56,269 nucleotides of DNA from Bacteroidota bacterium. GTDB lineage: Bacteria > Bacteroidota > Bacteroidia > Chitinophagales > LD1. The notes beneath the pieces are model-generated. The model worked only from the letters and a program-made list of their open reading frames with translations, searched no databases and was not told where the DNA came from. The position numbers and the translations under genes were made by a program. Below are positions 43,885 through 53,067 of this stretch, piece after piece. The DNA lies in NCBI GenBank assembly GCA_040387015.1, contig JAZKEP010000183.1, positions 1-56,269 of the forward strand. Reading direction: 5' to 3'. Position 1 is the stretch's first letter. Every line of letters starts with the position of its first letter.

Positions 43885-45549
43885 GTGACCTTCGCCTTGA
43901 ATGAATTACTACAGCGCTTTAAATCTTTTTTTCTTGGGATTTCAGAAAGTCACCAGAAAACACTTTGCCTACTGCTGCTTCTGGCTTTACATACAGGCTA
44001 TTATTTTAACTCGGGGCTTTATCAATGTCGCTATAGTTTATTCGAAGATCAGGAGATATTGATTACAACCGAAAAAATTAAAAATGCAGGAGTTCTTGAG
44101 GCGTTTACCGAACAAATACAATATGAAACAAGAGGAAGATTCAGGCCATTTTTTGTAGTGTATCGGATAGGGGCTTGCGCTCTTTTCGGTGACAATATTC
44201 AATGGCATCATCATTTTTTCTATACTGTATTTGTAATTAATACACTTTTACTTTTTTGTTGGGCCAGCCTAATTGGTTTTTCTCCTCTTCTTTCGCTAAT
44301 GTCCTCGCTATTAGTATTTATAGGCACTCAATCTAATATAGGTTGGCGATTAGCTAACGGGGAAAATTTTGCGATGCTCTTCTTAAATGTCGGCATCCTT
44401 TGTTTCCTATGTGGCCTAAATCTGAGAAAAATAAATTTCCTCTTAGCTGGTGGTTTGTTGATTCTACTAGCTGCTTTAAATAAAGAATCATTTATATTCT
44501 GTTATGGATTTTTTCCGCTACTGTACTTAAGGAATACTCTGAAGGAAAAGCCAAATTGGGGGAAATTCTGGTCACTTTCTTTATTAGCAGCAGGATGCAT
44601 TGGCCTATATATAATCTGTATCCGCTTATTTATTATGGATCCCGATGCAATGAAATATGCGGGCAGCACAATTTCATTTAAGGATGTTTTAGAACTTCAA
44701 TTTGGAATGTTTACAACACAAAATTACGTTGTAAACTATCCTCGTATTTGGCAGACCTTCATTTTCCAAGGGTCATACTTCCAACCCTACATACTTCTTT
44801 TTGCTTTAACTACTGGAGCCAGTTGCCTTTACCTTCCGTTTCGCAAGTTTCTGTTATATAACATCGCAATAGCATTGGCACTATTAGTTGTACACAAGTT
44901 GCTTTATCTGCGAATAATATTATCTAATATTTATTTGTACCCTGCAATCGTAACCATTGGGTTTGCAGTCATAAATCAAATAGATCTTCTTTTTAAACAT
45001 CAGAAAAAATTGCCAGCTACAATCCTGCTAGTAGCTATAATTTCTGTAATAATAACTCAGGGAAAGCTTAGCTATTCTTATGCTGCGAATTACTCCTCGG
45101 AGAATGACGCAGCTATTGCATTGACTGATAATTTGGCAAAAATTTGCACAAATACACCGCTTTATATTCAAGCTGATCCTTTATTACATGTAGAATTTAT
45201 ATATGGTATAAAAACCAGATTAAAATCATTAGGATGTCCCAGTAAGTTTTTTTGTTCTGTTTTTGAACAAGGTGATACTGCTGAGGCACTACGTATTATG
45301 AAAGTAAGTGACCCAGCTTTAATTCCTTTTATTAGAAATCAATTTCACAAACAGTTCTCAGATAAAATTGTTAAGCAAAAACCGGAAACAAGTTTAGACG
45401 GAAAAAATAATTGGGTGGTTATTCAGCGCCCCGGCAAAAGTCCTAGAAAGTTTGAAGAAGTAGAACGGGGGCAATATACGCAAAGCACATATAATGCTCC
45501 GGGATTTTACACCATCAGCACACTCCTCCCGACAACCACGCGAAATTAA
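43885..45549 (+). CDS. large polytopic membrane protein, GT-C-like glycosyltransferase candidate
   Basis: 554-aa ORF (GTG start in the track) with about 12 hydrophobic helices. The first loop has acidic residues and GRFRPFF. The soluble C-terminal ~150 aa fit the usual GT-C (ArnT/PMT-like) layout. Family not verifiable by eye. Confidence 0.5.
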   Translation: MTFALNELLQRFKSFFLGISESHQKTLCLLLLLALHTGYYFNSGLYQCRYSLFEDQEILITTEKIKNAGVLEAFTEQIQYETRGRFRPFFVVYRIGACALFGDNIQWHHHFFYTVFVINTLLLFCWASLIGFSPLLSLMSSLLVFIGTQSNIGWRLANGENFAMLFLNVGILCFLCGLNLRKINFLLAGGLLILLAALNKESFIFCYGFFPLLYLRNTLKEKPNWGKFWSLSLLAAGCIGLYIICIRLFIMDPDAMKYAGSTISFKDVLELQFGMFTTQNYVVNYPRIWQTFIFQGSYFQPYILLFALTTGASCLYLPFRKFLLYNIAIALALLVVHKLLYLRIILSNIYLYPAIVTIGFAVINQIDLLFKHQKKLPATILLVAIISVIITQGKLSYSYAANYSSENDAAIALTDNLAKICTNTPLYIQADPLLHVEFIYGIKTRLKSLGCPSKFFCSVFEQGDTAEALRIMKVSDPALIPFIRNQFHKQFSDKIVKQKPETSLDGKNNWVVIQRPGKSPRKFEEVERGQYTQSTYNAPGFYTISTLLPTTTRN

Positions 45550-46382
45550 GTAGGGTTTTCAACTAATTTTTTGACTTTCCCGAACAGACTCTTACGCATT
45601 TTCAATTGTCTGTAGAGCAGATTGAAATAATAAAAATTGATAGTGATAATATTAAAAGTATGGGGATGATTAACAACTCCATATTCCTTACTAAATATTT
45701 TGTCCTCATTTACAAAAGTTCCAAAAATTCTGTCCCAAAGAATTAAAATACCTCCATAGTTTTTGCCATAAGCAGCTCTACCACTATGATGATGTACCCG
45801 ATGATGAGACGGAGTAACAAACAAATACTCAATCCAAGCTGGCATTTTTTTGATGTAGTTATTATGCGAGAAGAATTGAAACGCTGCGCTTGTTACATAT
45901 GCAGCCAAGATAATCTCCGGTGAAAAGCCAATAAAAGCTAATGGTATATAAAACACTCCAAAGACATGTTGGGTAACACCCTGCCTTAGACCCACTGAAA
46001 AATTGAATTCTCTAGAGCTATGATGGACGATATGGGAGGCCCAGCCTAAAGAAGTATTATGGCCAATTCTATGTGCCCAGTAATACAGAAAATCCAACAA
46101 TAAAAGACAACAAAAGAAGGAGATAAAATTATCTGCAAGTTTGACAGGACTTATATTGTGAACCTGAATGAGTACTTGAATTGCAATTGCCTTAATGATT
46201 AAACCAGTCATTACCGTGCCAAGCATGCCTGCAGAAATGTTTAACAACACATCTTTAATCCTGTCAGTTTTTCCTTCCTTAATCAGAAAAGTAATCGCCT
46301 CTAGCACAATTACTGCAAGATATAGTAGAATAAAATACTTAAAATCTTCCGCCTTCATACAGTGGTTTAAAACACCTCCCAA
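45546..46382 (-). CDS. fatty acid hydroxylase / sterol desaturase superfamily membrane protein
   Basis: 278-aa ORF with three His boxes: HRIGH, HIVHHSS and HHRVHHH. Confidence 0.8.
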   Translation of the reverse strand: MGGVLNHCMKAEDFKYFILLYLAVIVLEAITFLIKEGKTDRIKDVLLNISAGMLGTVMTGLIIKAIAIQVLIQVHNISPVKLADNFISFFCCLLLLDFLYYWAHRIGHNTSLGWASHIVHHSSREFNFSVGLRQGVTQHVFGVFYIPLAFIGFSPEIILAAYVTSAAFQFFSHNNYIKKMPAWIEYLFVTPSHHRVHHHSGRAAYGKNYGGILILWDRIFGTFVNEDKIFSKEYGVVNHPHTFNIITINFYYFNLLYRQLKMRKSLFGKVKKLVENPT

Positions 46383-47326
46383 TCACCCATACTTGAATAC
46401 CAAGTTAAAGATTTTAGCTGAAAGGGGGTATTGTCTCTTTCTGTGTATACTAAGTAATGCCTTTTGGGAGCAAGTTTTGGCGGTATCTTCAGGAAGCAAG
46501 CCGCCTTCATTTGTGTCTCATCGTTAGTGAGTGCAACAAATAATCCTCGCTTATCTATTTTACTCATAAACAGCCGTATTGCGTTTTGGTAATAATATTC
46601 ATTACTACCAACAGCATCCAGTACCAGATAAATCTTAATCCCCCGATAAGTTACTGTAGTTAATATCACGTACGAAAATCCTTCCAAATTGTCTTCAGAG
46701 ATTTTATATACCCAGTAGACTCTGTTTGGACGGGTGAGGTACCTCCATTGAATGTAGTTTTTGTCTTTTCTTACAGACAGACTTGGTATATAGGGTGCAA
46801 AATCCGGCATTTGCGAAGCATTCTGAATCAATGATAACTCAAGGCATGAATTACTCTTTTTAAGAGGTAAATTTAATCTGTATTTTACCCAAAAACTCAG
46901 CTCCTCTTTGATGTGACCATTAAACTTCAATATTGTTGCTATAGCATTGTCGTTAGGGAAGCCAAAACACGTGTATCCATATTCGTTTCTATACGTCTTA
47001 TCATAAAGTTCGTAAAAGATATTTTTCTTGCGATACACTTGATCCACTGCATTATCAAATACTTGAACACACCAAAATTGGTTTCCAAGATAATCTTCCA
47101 TTAAATAGGGAACAATACCACTAGAACCAATAATTTTATTTTCATTCTCAATTAAATAGATAGACCCTTCTTTCCAAGCACCTTTGTACTTCCAGAGATA
47201 CTCAACATCTCTAATTGAAGCAGAATTGGATCCGCTCTTTTTAATTAAGGGATAAAATATTCGCTTTTGGAATTCTGTGAATTTAGGTAGGTCAAGTTTT
47301 GCTATGCTAATCTTTTTGAAATCCAC
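46367..47326 (-). CDS. hypothetical protein, possibly GNAT-fold acyltransferase
   Basis: 319-aa ORF overlapping the downstream gene by 16 nt. The segment IYLIENENKIIGSSGIVPY...CVQVFDNAVDQVYRKKNIFYELY is loosely GNAT-like. Weak call. Confidence 0.4.
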   Translation of the reverse strand: MDFKKISIAKLDLPKFTEFQKRIFYPLIKKSGSNSASIRDVEYLWKYKGAWKEGSIYLIENENKIIGSSGIVPYLMEDYLGNQFWCVQVFDNAVDQVYRKKNIFYELYDKTYRNEYGYTCFGFPNDNAIATILKFNGHIKEELSFWVKYRLNLPLKKSNSCLELSLIQNASQMPDFAPYIPSLSVRKDKNYIQWRYLTRPNRVYWVYKISEDNLEGFSYVILTTVTYRGIKIYLVLDAVGSNEYYYQNAIRLFMSKIDKRGLFVALTNDETQMKAACFLKIPPKLAPKRHYLVYTERDNTPFQLKSLTWYSSMGDWEVF

Positions 47327-47355
47327 AGTTATGTTTTAATTTGGAACAAATCAAG

Positions 47356-48273
47356 TTATAGTAAATGCGCCTTTACCTTATCATATTGTTTCTTACCGAG
47401 AGAAGAAAAATACTTCTGATGCGTTAAAAGCTCACTCTTCTCCTTACCCCTTTTGCTTGAAGCAAAGTGATTCCTATAAATATATCGGTCGGTCCAAAGA
47501 AATAACTCTTGCACCAAGGGCTTAAATGGATGAAAAACCACCTCGACTTCCAAATTTTTTTCGTTTCTTATATAAATCAAAAAATGTTCGATAAAACTCT
47601 GAGTCAATTCACCGCTCTTAACCGTGCTAAATGTATAGTCCGAGAAGCTAATTTTTTGATCACGTAATTTGTTTTCATACTTACCCGTAAAGCTAAATAT
47701 TCGCAAAATCAGAAGCTTGAGAATACCAGCAGATAAAAAACACTGGGGATATCTACTTAGTATGAATAACCATGACTCCCGCACAATTCTGATACTCTTT
47801 GTAGGATATTTTTTGCTTAGCTTAAGAATAGAATCAAAAACTATTGGAACCAAATGTGTGCATCTTTCTCCATCTAACTTCAAGGGCCTTCTTAATGATT
47901 CAAACAGCGGCAAGACTTTAATGATTTGTTGTTCCATTTCATTATAAATCTCGGATCGTAATTTATTTCTTTCTGAATCACATAACAATAAATTTCTCCA
48001 AAAAATTCCCTCAAATCCTTTATCTAATTGTCCCTTGTTATTTGTCAGTAATTTCGAATCGGCAAGAGCACAGCCCTGATCCAAGTTCAGATGAAGTACT
48101 AAATTGATGTTTTTTTCTTTTCTCTTTAGAAGTTCTTGCACCGAATAGTCGAAAGCGTATCCGTTAGCCATTATACTTATACTGTTTATTACTCCGGCAT
48201 CTATACATTCAAGAATGTCGTCTGTAATTTTCTTTGTAAGACCATAATCATCTGCATGTAGATAAATTTTCAC
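47356..48273 (-). CDS. ChbG/YdjC (HpnK-like) family carbohydrate deacetylase
   Basis: KIYLHADDYGLTKKITDDILECIDAGVINSISIMANG is the YdjC N-terminal signature. I place the start at the GTG at 48273 (MKIYLHADDYG). The ATG at 48357 would overlap the divergent gene by about 60 nt. Confidence 0.7.
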   Translation of the reverse strand: MKIYLHADDYGLTKKITDDILECIDAGVINSISIMANGYAFDYSVQELLKRKEKNINLVLHLNLDQGCALADSKLLTNNKGQLDKGFEGIFWRNLLLCDSERNKLRSEIYNEMEQQIIKVLPLFESLRRPLKLDGERCTHLVPIVFDSILKLSKKYPTKSIRIVRESWLFILSRYPQCFLSAGILKLLILRIFSFTGKYENKLRDQKISFSDYTFSTVKSGELTQSFIEHFLIYIRNEKNLEVEVVFHPFKPLVQELFLWTDRYIYRNHFASSKRGKEKSELLTHQKYFSSLGKKQYDKVKAHLL

Positions 48274-48295
48274 ATTTCTATATTTAACCTTCCGA

Positions 48296-49909
48296 ATGAG
48301 TATGAAAAACAATAATACAAAAATCGCTTTAGCATTAATCTCGGTTTTGGTCACCATTATGCTTACATCTCCGGTGGTGTATGGTTATTTATTTTGTCCC
48401 CTGGATAGTAAGTTTTTGGGGGTTGCGGGTTTGCGGCCAATTGAACAATTTTATTACTTCAGCGAAGGTCCATCACAGGCTATTAGAGGACATCTTTTGT
48501 TTACTGATAAATACGGACGCCTGCCCGCTGCAGACATTCTTATCAACCCAATAGGTAATATTATCGGATTGATTTCGCAAGTAACAGGCACATCCCTATC
48601 TATTGCTTTTAATATTTTCAGAATAGCATCTTCCTTGTTACTTATTTTTTCTTTTTACTTTTTAGCCAAACAAATTATTACCTCTTCTTTTACTTTGTTA
48701 GTAGCCATCATTTTGTATTGCTTCTCGGCAGGCTTTGACTCTATCTTTCATCTGTTCAATTTTTCGCTTATTGATGCTGTGGATGATTCCATGCCCGAAG
48801 CAAATATGTTTATCTCCATGAGCGGTGAATACTACCTTCCTTTAGCAAATGCTTTATTTATTTTAACGTTATCGTTTGCATATAAACTTATTTACAAAAA
48901 GCAGAAACAGATGTTGTTATGTGGACTTTCGTTGTTGACATTAGGTGCAGTGTACGTGTATGGGTTAGTGACAGCCGTTATAATTATTTCCATTGCAGCC
49001 CTTTACACTGGCTACTCGGAAAAGCAAACAAAACGTGCTATCATCATAATATCCAAATTGTTGTTATTCTGCTTGCCTATCGTTGGGTATTATTTATGGT
49101 TAGTTTTTCGATTCCCCTCTATTGACGATGAGGGCTGGTTTTCCTTTCCGAATTTTTGGGCTTTGATATCAACTTTTGGCTTCGCCTTTCTTTTTGTAAC
49201 TCTTGGATTGTTTCTTAAAAGTCGAAGAAAAATTTCTGATGAGACGTTTCTTTTGCTCTGGGTAGCTATAACATTGATCCTTGTTTATTTACCTCAACCC
49301 TTCTTACCGATTCAGATTCAGATACTTATAGGCTTAGGAGCACCTCTTTCCATCATGTTTACTACATCGCTGGAAACAATAAGTAAATTGGCCTTCCAAA
49401 AAATTACGGCCTTGAGCAAAAATGCACGGAACGTCCTGTCAGGCATGTTTATTTTCAGTATAGCCGTACTTAGTGCCAGCACAAATTTTAGCTTCTATAC
49501 CCAACAATTCAGCGATTTGCAGAAACATGTTTTGCCTTGGTACATAGACTCTGAAGTATATAATGCCATGGAGTGGTCAGCTCAAAATATTTCGGAAAAA
49601 AAACTTGTAATTACCTCTAGAAAACTAGGATTTATTTTTTCATCAGTCACAGCTTGCCCCGTCTATACGGGAGTAGCAAGATTTCGTGAAAAAACACTAG
49701 AACAGAAGGATACAGAAAAAGCGTTAAAATTACTTAAAGCAAATAGAGTTGAAGAAGCAAGTCAACTATTTAGTGAAACTGAGGCTGACTATATATTTCT
49801 AGATAAATCATTGTCTGGAGCTGATTTTCAAAAATTCACTACTCTCTTAAAGACAATTTACGTTGAACGCTTTAACAATCCGGAGGTTTCAATTTTTCAA
49901 CTTAAATAA
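48296..49909 (+). CDS. large polytopic membrane protein with soluble C-terminal domain, GT-C-like candidate
   Basis: 537-aa ORF with about 11 hydrophobic helices. An early extracytoplasmic loop has DAVDDSMPE, and about 130 aa at the C-terminus are hydrophilic. No family verifiable by eye. Confidence 0.5.
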   Translation: MSMKNNNTKIALALISVLVTIMLTSPVVYGYLFCPLDSKFLGVAGLRPIEQFYYFSEGPSQAIRGHLLFTDKYGRLPAADILINPIGNIIGLISQVTGTSLSIAFNIFRIASSLLLIFSFYFLAKQIITSSFTLLVAIILYCFSAGFDSIFHLFNFSLIDAVDDSMPEANMFISMSGEYYLPLANALFILTLSFAYKLIYKKQKQMLLCGLSLLTLGAVYVYGLVTAVIIISIAALYTGYSEKQTKRAIIIISKLLLFCLPIVGYYLWLVFRFPSIDDEGWFSFPNFWALISTFGFAFLFVTLGLFLKSRRKISDETFLLLWVAITLILVYLPQPFLPIQIQILIGLGAPLSIMFTTSLETISKLAFQKITALSKNARNVLSGMFIFSIAVLSASTNFSFYTQQFSDLQKHVLPWYIDSEVYNAMEWSAQNISEKKLVITSRKLGFIFSSVTACPVYTGVARFREKTLEQKDTEKALKLLKANRVEEASQLFSETEADYIFLDKSLSGADFQKFTTLLKTIYVERFNNPEVSIFQLK

Positions 49910-51613
49910 TCCCTTTTCATTTATTTTATAGATACCGATTGCCTGGGTATTATAGTCACTATTTTCATCCCTTTCAATTGCCTTAAGCAGAGTGTATGAG
50001 TAATTCTTTCTATAAACAGCATTAATATAGTTCACTATCATCTTCATCCTCTTTTCTGATGAAAACCAACGAGCGTTCGGTTGACGAGCCACATAATCAA
50101 CTTGGTCTATAAACTCCAAGGAACCAGTTACGCGTTTCATATAGCTATTATATTCATCAAAAATATATAATACACCATTATCAAAGCTGATATAGGTATT
50201 ATTCGGATTATAGGTGTCATTGTCAAACAAACGAATTGAAATATTATCCCAACAAGAGATATTTAATACAACTAAGCTGTTTGTAAAATCATTTATAGTA
50301 GCTCTGACTTTGTCCATGTAACCTGCATCATTTTTTTTTATCTGATATAACTGAAAAAAGCCAAGCCCTCTCCAAAGTACGCATACTATTATTGCTGTTG
50401 AGACAACGAAAGAAAGTCGTTTACTTATACGCGTCAACTGGGGATCAATCAGACACACCAATAGCATTACAATTAAAAATAGCAGCAGCGACTCGTTTAC
50501 TTTCGTCTCCACCTTCATAAATAAATTGGCAAACAAAAAAGTGCCCCAAAAAACTCCAGAAAATAACAGTTTTCCTAAAATTGATTTAGGGGAGCGTTTC
50601 CGGGAATAGAAAGGCCATAGTATATTAATAACCACTAGTAATAAGAACAACCCATTTTCATTCCTACAAATATCATTGACAAGCTTAATCGCCCGGTCTT
50701 TAACAATGGGCAATCTGGTGATATACTTAAAGAAATAGCCCGGTGATTTGTCAAGAGGCACTATGCCAATCTTCTGGAAAAAAACCTGATTCAAATGTTT
50801 AGTATCTGTAAAGAAAAAATGTGATGCTGCAAGATATTTTATGGTATCCGTTTTTGTTAACAACCGTACATCGGAAAGTTCTCCTTTAAAATCAACAAGC
50901 GTATTTTCATAAGGAACAATTCCTAAATATCTGTGCCCTTCGGGTGTTCTCGGAACATGCGTATATACATACAGGAAGAACAAAATGAATAAACATGGGA
51001 GAATAATTTTGACCGCTCGATTCATATCTACTCTTCCTTCAAAAAAAAGCAAGAGTAAGAAGGCTGTAAATAAAAATGTGAGTGCTATTGCAGGCTCCGG
51101 CCTTCGTAAACAAGAAACCAAAAAAGCAAGATAACAGGATATAAAAAATAAGGTAGATATTTTTTGATGATGTAATAGTTTAAGGAGAAATACTACGAAT
51201 ACGAGGATGATTATCAAGAAGGAATGCCTGGTAATTTCTGGTAGTAAAGCAACCGACACAAAAATTGCGATAAAGAAAAATAGAACCGTAATTCTTAACA
51301 TAGCATCGTGATATAAAAATTTTTTGAGGGACTGAAAAATATTGAACAGGAAAGCACCAATAAAAAATGTAAAAGATAGAGTAAGAGAATCATACCATTC
51401 GAAAAAGGGAAAATGTGTATATAAAAATGCTATAGCATCACCTATAAAAATTTGAAGAATAAAAGTTTCGGGAAGAGCTAACGGTTTAGGGATTAATAGC
51501 CCTTTGGCATAAACCAGAAAGAAAATGTCTGTTTCATTTTCATAATAACTTCCTAAAAAGTAATATAAAAGAACAGAAACAAATAAGATTATGAAAAAAT
51601 AGAGGAATTTCAT
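49889..51613 (-). CDS. large polytopic membrane protein with soluble C-terminal domain (unknown family)
   Basis: 574-aa ORF with about 10-12 hydrophobic helices interrupted by a ~100-aa loop. It lies 68 nt downstream of, and co-directional with, the ABC ATPase. Confidence 0.55.
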   Translation of the reverse strand: MKFLYFFIILFVSVLLYYFLGSYYENETDIFFLVYAKGLLIPKPLALPETFILQIFIGDAIAFLYTHFPFFEWYDSLTLSFTFFIGAFLFNIFQSLKKFLYHDAMLRITVLFFFIAIFVSVALLPEITRHSFLIIILVFVVFLLKLLHHQKISTLFFISCYLAFLVSCLRRPEPAIALTFLFTAFLLLLFFEGRVDMNRAVKIILPCLFILFFLYVYTHVPRTPEGHRYLGIVPYENTLVDFKGELSDVRLLTKTDTIKYLAASHFFFTDTKHLNQVFFQKIGIVPLDKSPGYFFKYITRLPIVKDRAIKLVNDICRNENGLFLLLVVINILWPFYSRKRSPKSILGKLLFSGVFWGTFLFANLFMKVETKVNESLLLFLIVMLLVCLIDPQLTRISKRLSFVVSTAIIVCVLWRGLGFFQLYQIKKNDAGYMDKVRATINDFTNSLVVLNISCWDNISIRLFDNDTYNPNNTYISFDNGVLYIFDEYNSYMKRVTGSLEFIDQVDYVARQPNARWFSSEKRMKMIVNYINAVYRKNYSYTLLKAIERDENSDYNTQAIGIYKINEKGLFKLKN

Positions 51614-51680
51614 GAAATTCGATAAAGACGTTCTGCTATTAGAAACTTCACACCCTGGATTAATTAAAAAAATCGTTCAG

Positions 51681-52988
51681 TTAAAACTCCATCGTTGTTT
51701 TCCAATCGGCAACAGGAAGAAGTGGACACGAAAAATTTTCCTGATAGTTGACGCCTTTAAACAACTTATCGCTTCTGACAACTCTGAAATAAAGCAGCTT
51801 TTCGAAAGACCGCACCTTTTGTCTGGAAGTATCAGCAACGTAAAAACTGACCGAAAATATTCCATGATTGAGAATGCCTTTGGGCAATTTTACAGTTTGT
51901 GTGTAATTGCCTTCCAAAGTTATATCCACAAAGTCATCTTCGCGTTTAATGCGATATGGAGAAAGACTCATAATATTATTGCCGAACCTGTCTGCAATCA
52001 CCGCCGATAATATCACAGGTATGTTTAGCAGTTTTTCATACGAGAAACTTATTTCCACTTCATCATCCATATATATTTCGGATGTTACTGCTTTACCGGC
52101 TGACCTGACAAGCGCCCCTTTCAAGCGAATTTTAGTATCAACGGGGTTATGCTCATCGCTTCCCTGGACCTGAGTTGGCAATAGAGGTAAGTCTCCTGAC
52201 TTTTGATTTTCTGAGTTAGGCCTTGCGGCAACACCGCTTTTCAAAAAAATATAGTTATTGCTGTTCACATATTTTTCAATGATACTCTGAATAGTGTCAA
52301 ATCCCTTCGAAGTTCCCTGTTCGAGCAACAAACCATGTGTGCATAAACTTTGCACTGTTTTCATTTCGTGACTGGCGAGAATGATAGTTCTTCCGCGCGC
52401 TGCAATTTCTTTTATCCGCGCAGACGATTTCTCTCTAAAGTTCATATCGCCAACACTCAACACTTCATCCATAATCAGAAGATTAGATTTGAGTGTGGTG
52501 TACAAACTGAATGCCAAACGCATGAACATGCCGCTTGAATAATGTTTAACGGGTGTCTCCTTAAATTGCTTCAACTCGCTGAATTCAAAAATATCTTCCA
52601 GCACTTCTTCAATCTCTTTTTTTGTGTAACCCATCAAACGGGCAACCATGTATACATTGTCAATACCAGAAAGATCGGGATGAAAACCTGAACCGATGTC
52701 AAGTATAGAAGAAAGCTTGCCGCGGTAACTGATACTGCCTTTGTCCGGCTTCAGCAAACCCGAGATAATTCTCAAAAGAGTTGATTTACCAGCTCCGTTA
52801 TTTCCTACAATTCCAAGTATCTCCCCTTGTTTTAGTTGAAAACTAATATTGTTCAAGGAAACAACTTCGCGCACCGTAGAGCCTACCCCCTGCAAAGTGC
52901 CATCATCGTAACCTTTAAAAGTTTTTCCGATTCCGTTTACTTCCAGCACAATATTTTCACCCAACATAACTAAATAGCCTTTTGACAT
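51681..52988 (-). CDS. Wzt/TagH-like ABC transporter ATP-binding protein with C-terminal extra domain
   Basis: Walker A is GIVGNNGAGKST. The signature YSSGMFMRLAF is typical of polysaccharide or teichoic-acid exporters. Walker B is LLIMDEVLSVGD and the H-loop is LASHE. About 170 extra C-terminal aa follow. Start chosen at MSKGYLVMLGENIVLEV. Confidence 0.8.
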   Translation of the reverse strand: MSKGYLVMLGENIVLEVNGIGKTFKGYDDGTLQGVGSTVREVVSLNNISFQLKQGEILGIVGNNGAGKSTLLRIISGLLKPDKGSISYRGKLSSILDIGSGFHPDLSGIDNVYMVARLMGYTKKEIEEVLEDIFEFSELKQFKETPVKHYSSGMFMRLAFSLYTTLKSNLLIMDEVLSVGDMNFREKSSARIKEIAARGRTIILASHEMKTVQSLCTHGLLLEQGTSKGFDTIQSIIEKYVNSNNYIFLKSGVAARPNSENQKSGDLPLLPTQVQGSDEHNPVDTKIRLKGALVRSAGKAVTSEIYMDDEVEISFSYEKLLNIPVILSAVIADRFGNNIMSLSPYRIKREDDFVDITLEGNYTQTVKLPKGILNHGIFSVSFYVADTSRQKVRSFEKLLYFRVVRSDKLFKGVNYQENFSCPLLPVADWKTTMEF

Positions 52989-53055
52989 GCTAAAATAACA
53001 GCATGGTTCCCAATTAAACATACTTTTCATAACAAAACAAACTAACGTTTATTTT

Positions 53056-53063
53056 TAAGTTTG
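53056..53063 (+). promoter_or_regulatory. TAnnTTTG -7 box candidate (TAAGTTTG) for the sulfotransferase gene, leaderless geometry
   Basis: A perfect match ending 4 nt before the ATG at 53068. Confidence 0.35.
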
Positions 53064-53067
53064 TCTT

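Noticed and set aside
43885-45549. Whether the gene after the CydA-like ORF could be a divergent CydB
   Set aside because: At 554 aa with a large soluble C-terminal domain it is much larger than CydB (about 380 aa, fully membrane-embedded). It shows no resemblance by eye and fits a GT-C-like layout better.
48274-48357. ATG at 48357 as the start of the ChbG/YdjC gene
   Set aside because: It would overlap the divergent 48296-49909 gene by about 60 nt and add a hydrophobic extension not typical of the family. The GTG at 48273 gives the canonical MKIYLHADDYG N-terminus. The resulting 22-nt divergent gap is still awkward, so one of the two starts remains uncertain.
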